NCBI RefSeq assembly: GCF_006345805.1
Contig: NC_043007.1
Span: 54,498,001 to 54,562,000, forward strand
Source: Octopus sinensis
Lineage: Eukaryota
Direction of reading: 5' to 3'
Length of the DNA stretch: 64,000 nt
Both the position numbers and the translations under genes were made by a program. Below are positions 9,985-24,107 of this stretch, piece after piece. Each line of letters begins with the position of its first letter. Within the stretch, counting starts at the first letter, position 1. The notes under the pieces were generated by a model. It was not told where the DNA came from, searched no databases, and saw nothing but the letters and a program-made list of their open reading frames with translations.

Positions 9985-12900
9985 CTATAATAAGATATAC
10001 ATAAAAAATGGTTAGTCTTTAAAGATCTTATATGAGACTTAATATTTATCATTTTCTTCTCTTATATCACTTCACTTTGCTTCCACTTACATACATCTAT
10101 TTTATTTTCATCATGTCCTCTCTGATCTCTGAATATCTACTTTTCTAGTGGTCTAGTAAATTTCAAATTAATTAACAGGCAATCACCTCCAGAGGGATGA
10201 GCAATGAAGAAGAAAACCTGTATAGAATGCCTAAAAAAATCACAGCAAATTTCAACAAATCAATATAAAGAATAAGAGGCTTGAAGTTTAGAAACACAAA
10301 CAGTCAAGTGCTGGTGCAGGATAAAACACAGTGACCCACATTGTTTGGATGGCTGTAGCTGTTTATGTCAACAAATTTAATACCATCACCTGGTTCTTTA
10401 GTACCTGTAAAGAGCCCATTCATTTGCAAACATTCAGATTGACTCTTCAGTTCAAGGATAATCCAATGTGCTGCTTCATACTGCACTTTTCCAGGCATAG
10501 TGCTAATATTTGTTAGGAATACAGAAAGTGATTCTTCAGCAAAGGCCCATTCCTAGGTATAATAGATCTCCATCCATGAGTAATACTTCAGGAGGCTGCC
10601 CTATTTGCTGATAGGCACACCTGCAGCCACTGACTTCCTTACAGACTGTTCAAAATAGAGGTTAGTGACAACCCAAGCATCATGTTTAATTCTGTTTTCC
10701 CATACTACTCTTGGGAGCAGGAATTGTCAAAAATGCATTGCGGAGCTTGCAATAAATTTATTTCGTTGCAATGAATTTATTGCATTTTATTTTTTTTGCA
10801 ATAAATTAATTGCATTTTTCTTTCGTCGCAATAAATAATTGCAATGCTCTCCTTGTAAAATTTTTACGCATCCAAAAGTTTCATTTTTTGCAAAAATAAC
10901 ACTACATTTCTAATGAAAGCTCTACTTTCTCAATTTTGATTGATCTGTTTCTTTGCTGTCTGAAAGATGTTTGGATCACCTGCAATTTTCTAAAAATTCT
11001 TACACCACCTGCCAGAATGACAAAATCGACCACCAATGTGATATGACCTAGGATGGAAAAACATGCCTACAACACTCCCCTTAGGGCCCATACCACTCCA
11101 ATCAAGACAAAAAAAACATATGAATGGAAAAAGGACGGTTTCATACTATTAGCAATTATAATGAGTATGCATTTAACAATTTACATGAGGGGATTGGATG
11201 AAACGATACACAAAACAAGTTCATTATCCCAAAGATGGTCATTTACTCTTAAAAACAGTTGCATCTCCAGATTTATGAGTGATAATTGATGTCTTGTATC
11301 ATCGAAGGCATTCGCTGCTACACTGAAGAACCTTTCAACCAAGTTAGTCGTTGGCAAAATGAATGCTGTATTAATATAACGTGGTTGGCTGGCACCCATC
11401 TCGCTTTCATGCTTTTTGAGGACATTGCAAGAGAAGTTGTCCAATTCATCGTCCAAAACCGTTTCTTGTTCTGGTGTACTGGGCAGCTTTAAGCTTACAA
11501 CAGATTCCTTTTCATCTGCAGTCAGCTCAGTGGCTTTTTGATTTTGTATTTTTACCACAGACTTCTCAAACAAAGGGAACTGGACGATTTCTGCGTCAGC
11601 ACTGAGATATTTCTGCATGGAGGAGTATAGTTGGATCGTTTTGTCAAAGAGGCATCAGATGTCAGCCAGGGTGATATCTTTTTGCAGAAGAGCTGATGTG
11701 ACTGAGTTAAGCTTTTTTAGATACAAGTGGAGTTGAGATAGCTGTGAACTTTCTCTGGCGGTTGGAATAAAGTCCATTAGCTAGATTGTAAAAGAAAGGA
11801 TTTTAACTGTTCATAACGGTCAACCATTTTGGCAGTGCTGGACCATCTCATGTCATTCTTCGTAACAGGTTGAAGAGTTGTGAAAGTCAATAGGAACCCA
11901 GCCAGTTTTACCGTTTTTAGTCTGGCCATCAAAGTGTTGAGTTTTTCCAACAATTCCTTGTGGGGTTTAAGAAAATCCATGAAAGCGAGGTTAAAGCATT
12001 GAAATGCGCATCCAACTAATGGTAGATTGCATATTCTTGCCAAGGCCTTATTCACTTCAACATTGTCGCTGCATATTGTGGTAACATTAGCAAATGTCTT
12101 ATAAATGCTTAAAACATATTCCAGCAAATCATAATGGTCATTTGCTGAAGTTTCTTTTAGCAGTGGAGAAATTGCCAATAGAACAGTTTCATATCCATTC
12201 ACATTCGATGAGTAGAAGGATGCAAAGACAACAAGAAAATGAGTTGACGTTTTCAACCATCCGTCAATAATAAGGGGGAATTGGGAAGGTAGAATATTAG
12301 CAATCTTTTTCTCCACTTCCTTTGTCACCAACTCCAAATATTTCTTCAATGTGTTTTTATAAATGGGTTGGAGGCATGAGAAACAGCGGGTAACATCATC
12401 TGTGACACAGCTGGAGGGCTGCAAGCAAACACATATCCAATAAAGCCAGTCATACACATTAGATCCCTTTTTCGAGATCCATGTCGAGGTGATGAACTGG
12501 TCAATTGATGACTGTGGCTGGAAAAGATTTTTATAGTCTGGATGTTGACTCTTGATGTGGCTGAAAGGATTTGTCCAGCCAGTGTTTTTCCATCTGATTA
12601 GCTCTTTTCCACACTTGCAACGCCATTTGCCGTTGGAAGGGTCGACTTCAGTGAAGAATAACTTGACAATCTTTTGAGAATCCATGGACTCGGTTGTGAT
12701 CAGCACAAGTAAATACATTATGGTGTTATGGGCTGTGATGAGCTATGTGGTGTTGGTGGAGAGGATTGCAGATGAGGTAAACAGAAGTGAAAACTACAGG
12801 GGTCGGCGGGAGAGTCACGGGGGCATACATGGGCAAAAAGCACGTTGGGCAGTTTGGTGAGAGACAGGAATGTGCAAGGACGTTTTGTTTTCTTGACAGT

Positions 12901-15900
12901 GATCGCACATCCCACCTAGGTCAACAGGTAAGGTCTCTGTATTTCTTTCTCCTTTTTGTTTCTTTTTCTGTTGTCTTTTTCCTCCATCACACTACATACG
13001 TTGAGTGAGTGTAAGAACGGCTCAATTGTCTCCTGAGCAAATCAGTGAACTCACAATGTCCTGACCATTATTAATCAATAAGCTGCCACATGATCACATC
13101 TGCACACAATACGCATGCATGTGACCTTGCGACCTTGTGCATGTGACCTTGAGACTTAAGGCTTGGAGGACGCATGCATGCATATGTGCTTGCATGCAAT
13201 GCGTATGCACGTAGGGAATTGGTCAGTCCTCGCACGCTTGCAATTAATTGCAATCTTCGCAATAAATTATTGCAATAATCATAGCTTCGCAATAAATTAT
13301 TGCAATTGAAAAGAGCTTATCAGTAAATTAATTTATTGCAATTATTGCAATTAATTTTTGACAACCGCTTCTTAGGAGTCCCAAAAATGTCATAAACATA
13401 AAATACTACTTTCAAAAGTGATATCAGAATAAAAAACTCCTTCAATATCAGCTCTGATACTGCCATTGTCAGCATTTTAAAAGCTGTGTTTCCATGCTTT
13501 ACTTTGTAAAGTAAGGGTGGAAGTATTTCTTCAGCTATGAGGATGAAAATTAGCAACAGTATGTAAAATTTGATCTAACCACAACATTGTTAGAAACATG
13601 AACACCTGATATCTGCTGCAATTGGTAATCTCAGTCATAAAAATCTCACTGAAGCTTCACATAACAATGGATAAATATTGGGTGGTAGCAGCTGCAGTCA
13701 TGGCTAGCTCAGTAGAAAAGTTTATTACTTCTGCTTATTCAAACAGAGAGAAACAGAGAGGTACATAGGGTTGGTCTGACATCTTTTAAAGATATCTTGT
13801 GCAGCTCTCCAGCTTGCCAGCTCTGGCCAGACCTCCAAACCCACAACAGCATGGAAAATGAATGTTAACTAATAATCTTTTCTACTCTAGGCACAAGGCC
13901 TGAAATTTTGGGGGAGGGGGCCAGTTGATTAGATTGACTCCAGTACGCAACTGGTACTTAATTTATCAACCCAGAAAGGATGTAAGACAAAGTCAACCTT
14001 GGCAAAATTTGAACTCAGAAAGTAAAGACATGAAATACCACTAAGAATTTCACCCAGCGTGCTAACATTTCTCTCAGCTCACCACCTTAAATGTTAAATA
14101 ATAATAATAATATGATGATGGTAGTGGTGTTAATTGTGCTATTGATAATAATGACAATGATGGTTTAGCTAGCTTAATTCCCAAACATAGATATCAGTAA
14201 AAGGACTAACTGAATGAGTGAGGAATGGTGGTGATGATGATGATGATGAAGAGGAGGAAAAGAATGACAACAATGATCTCGTCAATGATGATGAAATGGA
14301 AGACATTACAGTAATAATTGTTTGAACAAAAGAAGCTTTCTGTCACAAGTCAAGAAATTACTTCAACTGCAACTGTAGAATTTAACTTACTATCAAAAGT
14401 TGCGCCACACCATAAGCAATAAAAGTAGGTGTTTCTTAGATAGTCAATCACCATTTCTAGTTTTTCTTCAGGCTGAAATTTTAGAAAATAAAAATATAAA
14501 ATAAGAATTAATCAAAAATATATTGTTAAAGTCATTGCCACCATCTCCTACTGATTCCCCCAGTATACACTGCTGCCTACTGTCAACCTGTCACTATCTT
14601 AATATAAACCATTGCTATAGTGTCAGTTGTTGCATCTCCTTCTCACTTCCATGTAACCCACTTCACTTGACAACATATAGTTGGGTCTGTCTTCAGGCTT
14701 CATCAGGAAATCAAAGTATAATTGTTCATTTCTATTTCAAAGTATTTTCCATAATAGTTTCTAATATAAAGCACATGTTTTCAAATATATTAAGATGAAC
14801 TGTATGGTTATAGAAAGGTGTCTATACCTTTTCACTGGGGAATTAGAGACATTAAGGAAATAAATGATTCCAAACAAAACTGAAACTAAATAACATTCCT
14901 CTGATTGCGAATAAAAATCTATTATTCTATAACATCTATCTTCTGCTGCACAAACATATCAAAAAACAAATAATTTGGAAATTAAACAATAAAATATTAT
15001 AGACTATTGTAAGTAATACTAACGTTATTTTGATTCTGGATCAAATTTCTGATTTCATTAGTATGTGATCAATTGAGATTTTTTCCGCTCTAGTACAAAT
15101 AACTCAGTTCTGTACGTTTTCATATTTACATGGAAAGATGGACCACATGAAAGAGGAAGACCCAGAAAGACATGGAAGGAAAGTACTGAAAAACAACCTC
15201 AGGACATTGAACTGTTCAGATGAGATGACAAAGGACCAAGATACCTAGCACCTTGCTGTACTCAAGAAGACACATACTCCACAGCAGAAGTGTTGCACCC
15301 ACTGGTGAGGTGGATTGGCCAGCAAGTGCCCTGTGCTGGTGTTACATAAATAGCATTTGTGCCAGTACTGTGTGAGAGTGCCACCCAACACACCCTGCAA
15401 AGTGGTTGATGTTAAAAAGGGCATCCAGCCATAGAAACCTGCCAAACCAGACTGGAGCCTGGTGCAGCTCTCTGGCTTGCCAGCTCTGGTTAAACTGTCC
15501 AACCCATGCCAGCATGGAAAACAGACATTAAATTATGATATTGAAGCAACTTGTTTTATTGACAAAATATCGTTTTTCATATATTTCAATTTTTCAACCA
15601 AATGTTAAGTAACGGTGGGAGCTATTTTAAATGTTGCTCAAGGGAAAGAATTTCCAGACCCTAAGAAGTGGAACCAATTTATTTCAGCAAGCTGCTTTAT
15701 AGCTTGTATATTTACACATAAGATTAGCCTAGTGTTTATGTGTTGCTGAGTCACTATCAGAACTGGAGGAGAAGTTCCAGGTGTGGAAGGAGGGTTTAGA
15801 ATCAAGGGGCCTTAGAGTCAACCTAGCTAAAACCGAAGTACTAATAAGTAGAAAGGTAGACAATCCACAAATATCTTCAGGAAGATGGCCCTGCTCGATC

Positions 15901-18900
15901 TGTAGAAAAGGTGTAGGTAGAAACTCTATAAGATGTACCCAGTGTAAGCTATGGACACATAAGAGGTGCAGCAATGTCAAAGGTAGGCTAACTGGGAAGA
16001 TAGTTTTTGTATGTGGCAGATGCTCGGGAGCATTAACCTCCGAAAATCTGCAGAAAACAACTTCCGTCACTTTCCAGGGGAAAAACTAGAAGTAGTTGAT
16101 AGCTTCCGTTATCTAGGTGACCAAGTCAGTAGTGGGGGTGGGTGCGCTGAAAGTGTAACTGCTAGAATAAGAATAGCCTGGGCAAAGTTTAGGGAGCTCT
16201 TACCTCTGCTGGTGACTAAAGGCCTCTCGCTCAGAGTAAAAGGCAGACTGTATGATGCGTGTGTACGAACAGCCATGCTACATGGCAGCGAAACATGGGC
16301 CGTGACTGCTGAGGACATGCGTAAGCTCGTGAGAAATGAAGCCAGTATGCTCCGATGGATGTGTAATGTCAGTGTACATACTCGACAGAGCGTTAGCACC
16401 TTGAGAGAAATGTTGTACCTAAGAAGTATCAGTTGCAGTGTGCAAGAGAGACGATTGCGCTGGTATGGTCATGTGGCGAGAATGGATGAAGATGGGTGTG
16501 TGAGAAAGTGCCAATCCCTAGCAGTTGAGGGAACCCGTGGAAGAGGTAGACCCAGGAAAACCTGGGACGAGGTGGTGAAGCACGACCTTCGAACTTTAGG
16601 CCTCACTGAGGAAATGACCAGCGACCGAGACCTTTGGAAATATTCTGTACGTGAGAAGACCAGGCAGGACAAGTGAGCCCAGCCCACTTATGAATGCCTT
16701 TCCTCCCTTGGACACAAAGACCAGTTGAGGCAAGCGAAGTCGATATAGAACCTCATCCGACGACAGACACCCATGCCAACCCCCCATGCTTGCGAAGACA
16801 TGTTGGGGCAATCGAAATCGAAACTGAATTGAACCAGCCAGGATCCCTGGCCTGGTGGTACGTAAAAAGCACTATCCAACTCGTGGCCGTGGCACGTAAA
16901 ATACTCCAATGCGACCGTACGACAGGTACCCATGCCAACCCCCCTTTGCTTGTGAAGACATGTTGGGGCAAGCGAAATCGAAATCGAATTGAACCAGCCA
17001 GGATCCCTGGTCTGGTGGTACGTAAAAAGCACTATCCGACTCGCGGCCGTGGCACGTAAAATACTCCAATGCGACCGTACGACAGGCACCCATGCCAACC
17101 CCCCTTTGCTTGTGAAGACATGTTGGGGCAAGCGAAATCGAAATCGAATTGAACCAGCCAGGATCCCTGATCTGGTGGTACGTAAAAAGCACTATCCGAC
17201 TCGTGGCCGATGCCAGCACCGCCTCGACTGGCTTCCGTGCCGGTGGCACATAAAATACACCAATCTGACCGTGGCCGTTGCCAGCCCCGCCTGGCACCTG
17301 TGCAGGTGGCACGTAAAAAGCACCCACTACACTCACGGAGTGGTTGGCGTTAGGAAGGGCATCCAGCTGTAGAAACATTGCCAGATTAGACTGGAGCCTG
17401 GTGCAGCCTTCTGGCTTCCCAGAACCCTAGTCGAACCGTCCAACCCATGCTAGCATGGAGAACGGACGTTAAACGATGATGATGATGATGATGATCCATC
17501 ATTCAGTAAACATATTTATATCGTCATAAACACAATATTCTGTTTTTCAGATCAATTTCACTTCTATTCTATTTTTTTAACCAAATTTTTTGACAGGCAA
17601 CAAAAGGAAGATGAGGACACTGATCTTCCTCTCAGAAATAAACATGTCCCATGCTAAGTTTATTCTAGCTCTAATCCTAATTCTAAACAACAGCAACTCA
17701 AAGGCTCCTGAGGGTGATTGAACTTAAGGGTAAGCTCAGCATTGGATTAGCCATTAAGCAAAATAAGCATGTGCTTAGAGCATCAAGGGAAGTGGGCACC
17801 ACAGAAATGGTAAATGGTTTATGGTATAAAAGAAGTCACTTTAAACTTGCTAAAATAATATTTGGGATGCCTTTATCTCTACTAAGTATAAAAGCAGACA
17901 TGTTATATAAGATTCATTTTAAGGATTTGATCAAAGACTCTGCAATTAGAAAAAGTAAGAGAAAACTTTTCAAGTATAAAGTGGAAGTATACACAATGAA
18001 ACATTACTTTCCATCTTACTGTTAGTTTTGTTCCATTTTGAGAAATAGAAATTTATTTTATTGCTTGTTATTGTTTATACTTTGAAATATATAAATAAGG
18101 GGGCACCAAAATCTTATAAGTGCTTAGGGCCTCTATGGGTCTTAATCCAGCCCTGGGTAGACTTGATGCAACAAAAGAAGAAATGTGGAGAATCAGCTGT
18201 TCTGACACTTTTTTATGTAATGGGGAATCTCATTAGCATGTCCAACTTTTTCTCAAAGCAGAATTGAAGTGCAATATTTGCACTTCACTTTGATAGCCTC
18301 TTTGCTAAATTAATTCATTTTATAAACTAGACTAAGAGAATACAATAATGTATACATAAAAGTGTGATTGATCAAAGAACAATGGTTACCAGATTGGGTG
18401 TAACTACCATAACCCCAACCATAATAGACATTGGGTTTACTTAAGAAGGATGTTATAAGTAAAGACATTCTTGAAGAGAAATTAAGTTTACTGTTATTCC
18501 TTGGAAGTTTCTCATGTTACCTTTTATAATGTACTAGCAGGTGTGCATCTCTTTTTGTCTCAAAACATTAACAAAAAATTCACACTAGGGATGTTTTATA
18601 GAATCAAATGAGAGTGGACAAAATGTTTGGCAATTATATATTTTATATTTTTTAAGTTCAGAGACATAGAATTCTACTCTCATGAATTTCAATTTATAAG
18701 TTGGAATCTATGTTGAATTTGATTGTCAGTATGACTATATCATTCAATTGGTTATAAGATGGGGTAAATGAAGGTTTAATCAAATCCTAACCAAAGCTGA
18801 ATAAACCACAAAAACTCAATAACTGAGACATAACTTACAGAATAAATGTCTAAAATTGGTTTCTCTTCAACCTCATCTTCACTTTCATCAGCTAATTTTT

Positions 18901-21900
18901 GCTCTAATCGATAAAGTGGCCAATAGAACCAATCTTTTGGTTCAGTTATTTTCTGAAAAATAGAATATGAATATTAATATATTTCACACACACACAAAAC
19001 TGCATCAATATGTGCTACTGTGACTAGATGTGTATCTGAATGTAGAAAAAAAAACACTCCACTTCTGAAGAACAGATTGACAAATTGATCTTTGACTAGA
19101 GCAAAACAGAAAACTAGACTACAATGAACCAATGTGGCAGGGATTGTATAGAAAGTCATAACCGTATGTATTTAATCTTACTACAGCTAGACAAGATATT
19201 GTTTGACAGCTTGAAATGCCAATTGAATTGACTAGTTTCATTGCCCTTACAGCTCATCAGAATATGCCTATCTCACCTTTCCAATGATTTGGAAAGGTGA
19301 GAAATAGAAAGCTGCTTATTGAATTATAAACAATATTGTGCCAATCACAATTCATTTACATGGTGGTATGAGATTGATGGCCTGTTGATACCATGGTCGA
19401 ATAACATTGAGGTCAATATTTTCAATCCCATTTTATTTTGAATTTCTATTTCTATTTCTGTTAGTGTATTCTCTTTTATTTGCACTCACTATATTTACAC
19501 CACACAAATTTTTGTTCTTTTAATTTATATATTTATATGTTATGCTTTTATATACAGAGATTTGTATTGATCTCTATTAATATGTAATAATGTATATGTA
19601 TTTTTTTTAATATTTTAAAAATTTTACATCTACTTTTACATTTACTTGAATTCAAACTGTTGCCGACTTCCTACAAAAAATGAATCCAAATTAAGCAATC
19701 TAAATTTAATTTCATCCCGTACCTACCTATCTATCTGCAATTGATCTGATCTTTTAGTTAGCCCTGTTTTATCTCTATTATTATTGTTATGACTTGTGTA
19801 ATTCAGCCTCACGCCTCGTGTTTTTATATATACATATAATTCTATAGTTCATCTTAATTATATATCGTTGTCTCATGTCTTGTGTTAAATATATATTTAA
19901 TCTTATAGCTTGCCCCTAATTTTATCGATCAGCCTCATGCCTCGTAGATATAGAATAAATGTATTTATAATTTATAGCTCTTTATCACTCACGCTTCTCC
20001 CATAGATTAGGCAAAATACCTCTCTCTCAAATTTAGGTATTTATACCTACTAATAACTATTTCTCTCCTAAGAAAGGAATGGCTGCCGGTTTTCATGGTG
20101 CACCCGCCCTCCCACCCCCTCCACCGGTACAGGAAGTCCTAAATTTTCTCATCCTTGTCTCCCTTGTACACTTCAAAGTCTTACGCCACCCTCACCCCCT
20201 ACCATAAAAGGTAGTGGTCATTCATTGCAAGATACACTTCAAGTCTTACGCCACCCCCACCTCCTTCCATAAAAGGTAGTGGTCATTCATTGTAAGATAT
20301 GTTTAGTGTTGTGTACGCGGTTTGAACTTGAGTTCTATTGTTTGTCTATGAATCCTGCCAAACGCGAGTTTTCTTTTCAGGTCCATGACTCTACTAGGGC
20401 CAATACCACCCCCACCCACACCCTCAGGGTTGGCACCCTCAACGTTGGCACACTGAAAGGCAGATCTGGCGAGATCGTTGAATTGCTGGAACGGAGGTGT
20501 GTTGATATATGCTGCATTCAAGAAGTGAGGTGGAGAGGAGGTTCTGCTAGGTTCCTCACAGGCAAAGGACAGAGGTACAAGATTTTCTGGGCTGGGAATA
20601 CTGACGGGGTCGGGGTGTGGGCATGCTTATCGCCGAAAAATGGGTAGATAAGGTAATCGAGGTAGTCAGAGTATGTGACAGAATAATTAAGATTAGATTA
20701 GTGCTCCATCATAGTTTAGCAACTATTATATAGGCCTATGCCCCTCAGCCAGGGCTACCTGATAGACTGAAAGACTGTTTCTATGACACCCTACTGCAGA
20801 CCACATCATTGACGAACGACAGGGACCTTCTCTTTGTGGCTGGTGACTTCAATGGGCATGTTGGACGATGTGCTGGGGGTTTCCATGGCGTGCATGGAGG
20901 CTACGGTTATGGTTCCCGCAATGAGGAGGGAACCAGGCTGCTGGAGTTCTGCGATGCGAATAGTCTTATGGTTTGCAACACTGACTTCAGGAAACCGACA
21001 AGCCACCTGGTCACCTACCGATCGGGCCGGAATACTAGTCAAATCAACTACATCCTTGCCAGAAAAAGGGAAAGATGGCTGCTTATAAATGCCAAAACCT
21101 TCCCAGGCGAAGAATGTACCCCACAACATAGACTGGTAGTTAGTGACTTTAGGATCAGGACTAAGAGGACGACTAGAAGATGACCAACATGGAGAAGAAG
21201 GGTCTGGAAGCTTAAAGACCCTGCAAATGGACAGAGATTTAGAGAGATGTTACTTGAAGCCTTTGACGAAATAGAAGGGGGTATAGCTACACATGGGGTA
21301 GAAGACAACTGGACGCTTCTAAGGGACAACCTGCTGAAAGCCACTGACCAGATCTGTGGCTGGTGCAAAGTCCCCTCAAGACCCAAAATAACGTGGTGGT
21401 GGAACAATATTGTTGACAGGGCTATTAGACAAAAGAGACAGGCTTGGAAGGACTGGAAGAATGGTGGTAGCAGGGAAGTGTATCAGACTGCCAGAAGGGA
21501 AGCTAGGAGGCAGGTGTATTTAGCCAGAGGGGAAGCAGATAAGAAAAAATTTGCCAATGTCCTGCGCCGGGGTATTTCGTGTTGCAAGACAGTGTGTGAG
21601 AGAGAATCGTGACGTAGTAGGAGAGAAATGTGTTCGCGAGGATGACGGTTCACTTGCGCTAAATGAGGATGCAAAGAGAGAGGTTTGGAGACGCCACTAT
21701 GAAAGGTTGCTGAATGAGGAAAATGAATGGGATAAAGAGAGTCTGCCAAATGTCAACCCATCAGAGGGACCAGCAATCTGAGTTGACAGATCTTTAGTAG
21801 TTAAGGCAATTACAGGCATGAAAACAGGGAAAGCCCCAGGCCCATCAGGTATTACTGCAGAGATGCTCAAAATATCTGGTAGTGTCGGCTATAGCCTACT

Positions 21901-24059
21901 CACCCGTATAGTTAACCAGGTGATACACGAAGGAGTCATACCCAATGACTGGTGTAGCAGCATAATAGTCAGCTGCTACAAAGGTAAAGGTGACGCCCTA
22001 GATACAAATAACTACAGAGGTATCAAGCTGCTGGATCAGGTAATGAAGGTTACGGAGAGGGTTATAGCCCAACTAATTAGAGAGAGAATTAGCTTAGATG
22101 AGATGCAGTTTGGGTTCGTGCCAGGGAGAAGTACTACTGATGCTATATTCCTGGTAAGACAGCTGCAGGAGAAATACCTAGCCAAAGATAAGCCCCTGTA
22201 CCTGGCTTTTGTAGACATGGAGAAAGCCTTCGACAGGGTTCCCCGATCCCTTATCTGGTGGTCAATGAGGAAACTAGGGATAGATGAATGGTTAGTTAGA
22301 GCTGTGTGAGCCATGTACAGAGACGCTGCTAGTAAGGTGAGGGTTGGCAACGAGTACAGTGAAGAATTCCGGGTAGAGGTTGGGGTCCACCAAGATTCAG
22401 TCCTCAGTCCCCTCCTATTTATCATAGTCCTCCAGGCAATAACGGAGGAATTCAAGACAGGATGCCCCTGGGAGCTCCTCTATGCTGATGACCTTGCTCT
22501 AATTGCTGAGTCACTATCAGAACTGGAGGAGAAGTTTCAGGTGTGGAAGCAAGGTCAAGAATCGAAGGGCCTCAGAATCAATCTAGCCAAAACCAAAGTC
22601 CTAATAAGTAGGAAAGTAGACAAGTCACAAACGCCTTCAGGTAGATGGCCCTGCTCGATCTGTAAAAAAGGTGTAGGTAGAAACTCTATAAGGTGCACCA
22701 AGTGCAAGCTATGGACACATAAGAGGTGTAGCAATGTCAAAGGAAGGCTAACTAGGAAAATAGTTTTTGTCTGTGGCAGATGCTCAGGAGCAATAAACAC
22801 TGAAAATGTGCAGAGACCAACGTCTACCATGTTCCAGGGAGAAAAACTAGAAGTAGTTGATAGCTTCCGCTACCTAGGAGACCAAGTCAGTAGCGGGGGT
22901 GGGTGTGCTGAAAGTGTAACTGCTAGAGTAAGAATAGCCTGGGCAAAGTTTAGAGAGCTCTTACCCCTGCTGGTGACAAAAGGCCTCTCACTCAGAGTAA
23001 AAGGCAGACTGTATGATGCATGTGTACATACAGCCATGCTACATGGTAGTGAAACATGGGCTGTGACAGCTGAGGATATGCGTAAGCTCGCAAGAAATGA
23101 AGCCAGTATGCTCCGATGGATGTCAGTGTTCATAATCGACAGAATGTAAGTACCTTGAGACAAAAGTTGAACCTAAGAAGCATCAGTTGTGGTGTGCAAG
23201 AGAGACGTCTGCGCTGGTATGGGCATGTGACGAGAATGGGTGAAGATAGTTGTGTGCAAAAGTGCCACACTCTAGCAGTTGAGGGAACCTGTAGAAGAGT
23301 TAGACCCAGGAAAACCTGGGACGAGGTAGTGAAGCACGACCTTCGAACTTTAGGTCTCACCAAGGAAATGACTAGAGACCGAGACCTATGGAAGTATGCT
23401 GTGCGTGAGAAGACCCGGCAAGACCAGTGAGAACAGTCAAAACCAAATCAACATCAGTGGAAATTGCAGCTGTGGTTAAGCGAACCATCCGATCGTTTGT
23501 CCGTTGCCAGCTTCGCCTGGCCCCCGTGCCGGTAGCACGTAAAAGCACCATCTGTTCATGTCCGTTACCAGCCTCGCCTGGCCCCCGTGCCAGTAGCACG
23601 TAAAAGCACCATCCGTTCGTGTCCGTTGCCAGCCTCGCCTGGCCCCTGTGCCGGTAGCACTTAAAAGCACCATCCGTTCGTGGCCGTTTGCCAGCTCTGT
23701 CTGGCACCTGTGCAGGTGGCACGTAAAAAGCACCCACTACACTCACGGAGTGGTTGGCGTTAGGAAGGGCGTTAGAGTGGTTGGCGTTAGAAACACTGCC
23801 AATCTGACTGGGCCTGATGAAGCCTTCCGGCTTCACAGACCCCAGTTAAACCGTCCAACCCATGCTAGCATGGAAAACGGACGCTAAATGATGATGATGA
23901 TGATGCATTTTCCGTTTGGGAATTTGCTGATTGACCTAAACTTTGTTTCTCAGTTTACCTCGAGCACTTCCCAGTTGCAGCCCATATATCTTGAAAGAAA
24001 GGTTTAATAGTGGGTGGGTGTGTGTGTGTGTGTATGTGTGCGCGTGTGTGTATATAATA

Positions 24060-24107
<48 letters not shown>

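Noticed and set aside
18265-18287. Perfect 10-bp hairpin TGAAGTGCAA-TAT-TTGCACTTCA
   Set aside because: About one such stem is expected by chance in 64 kb of AT-rich DNA.
19620-20080. Penelope 3' end upstream of the family A RTE
   Set aside because: Only a loose resemblance to the CRH..K.KL motif; left unassigned.
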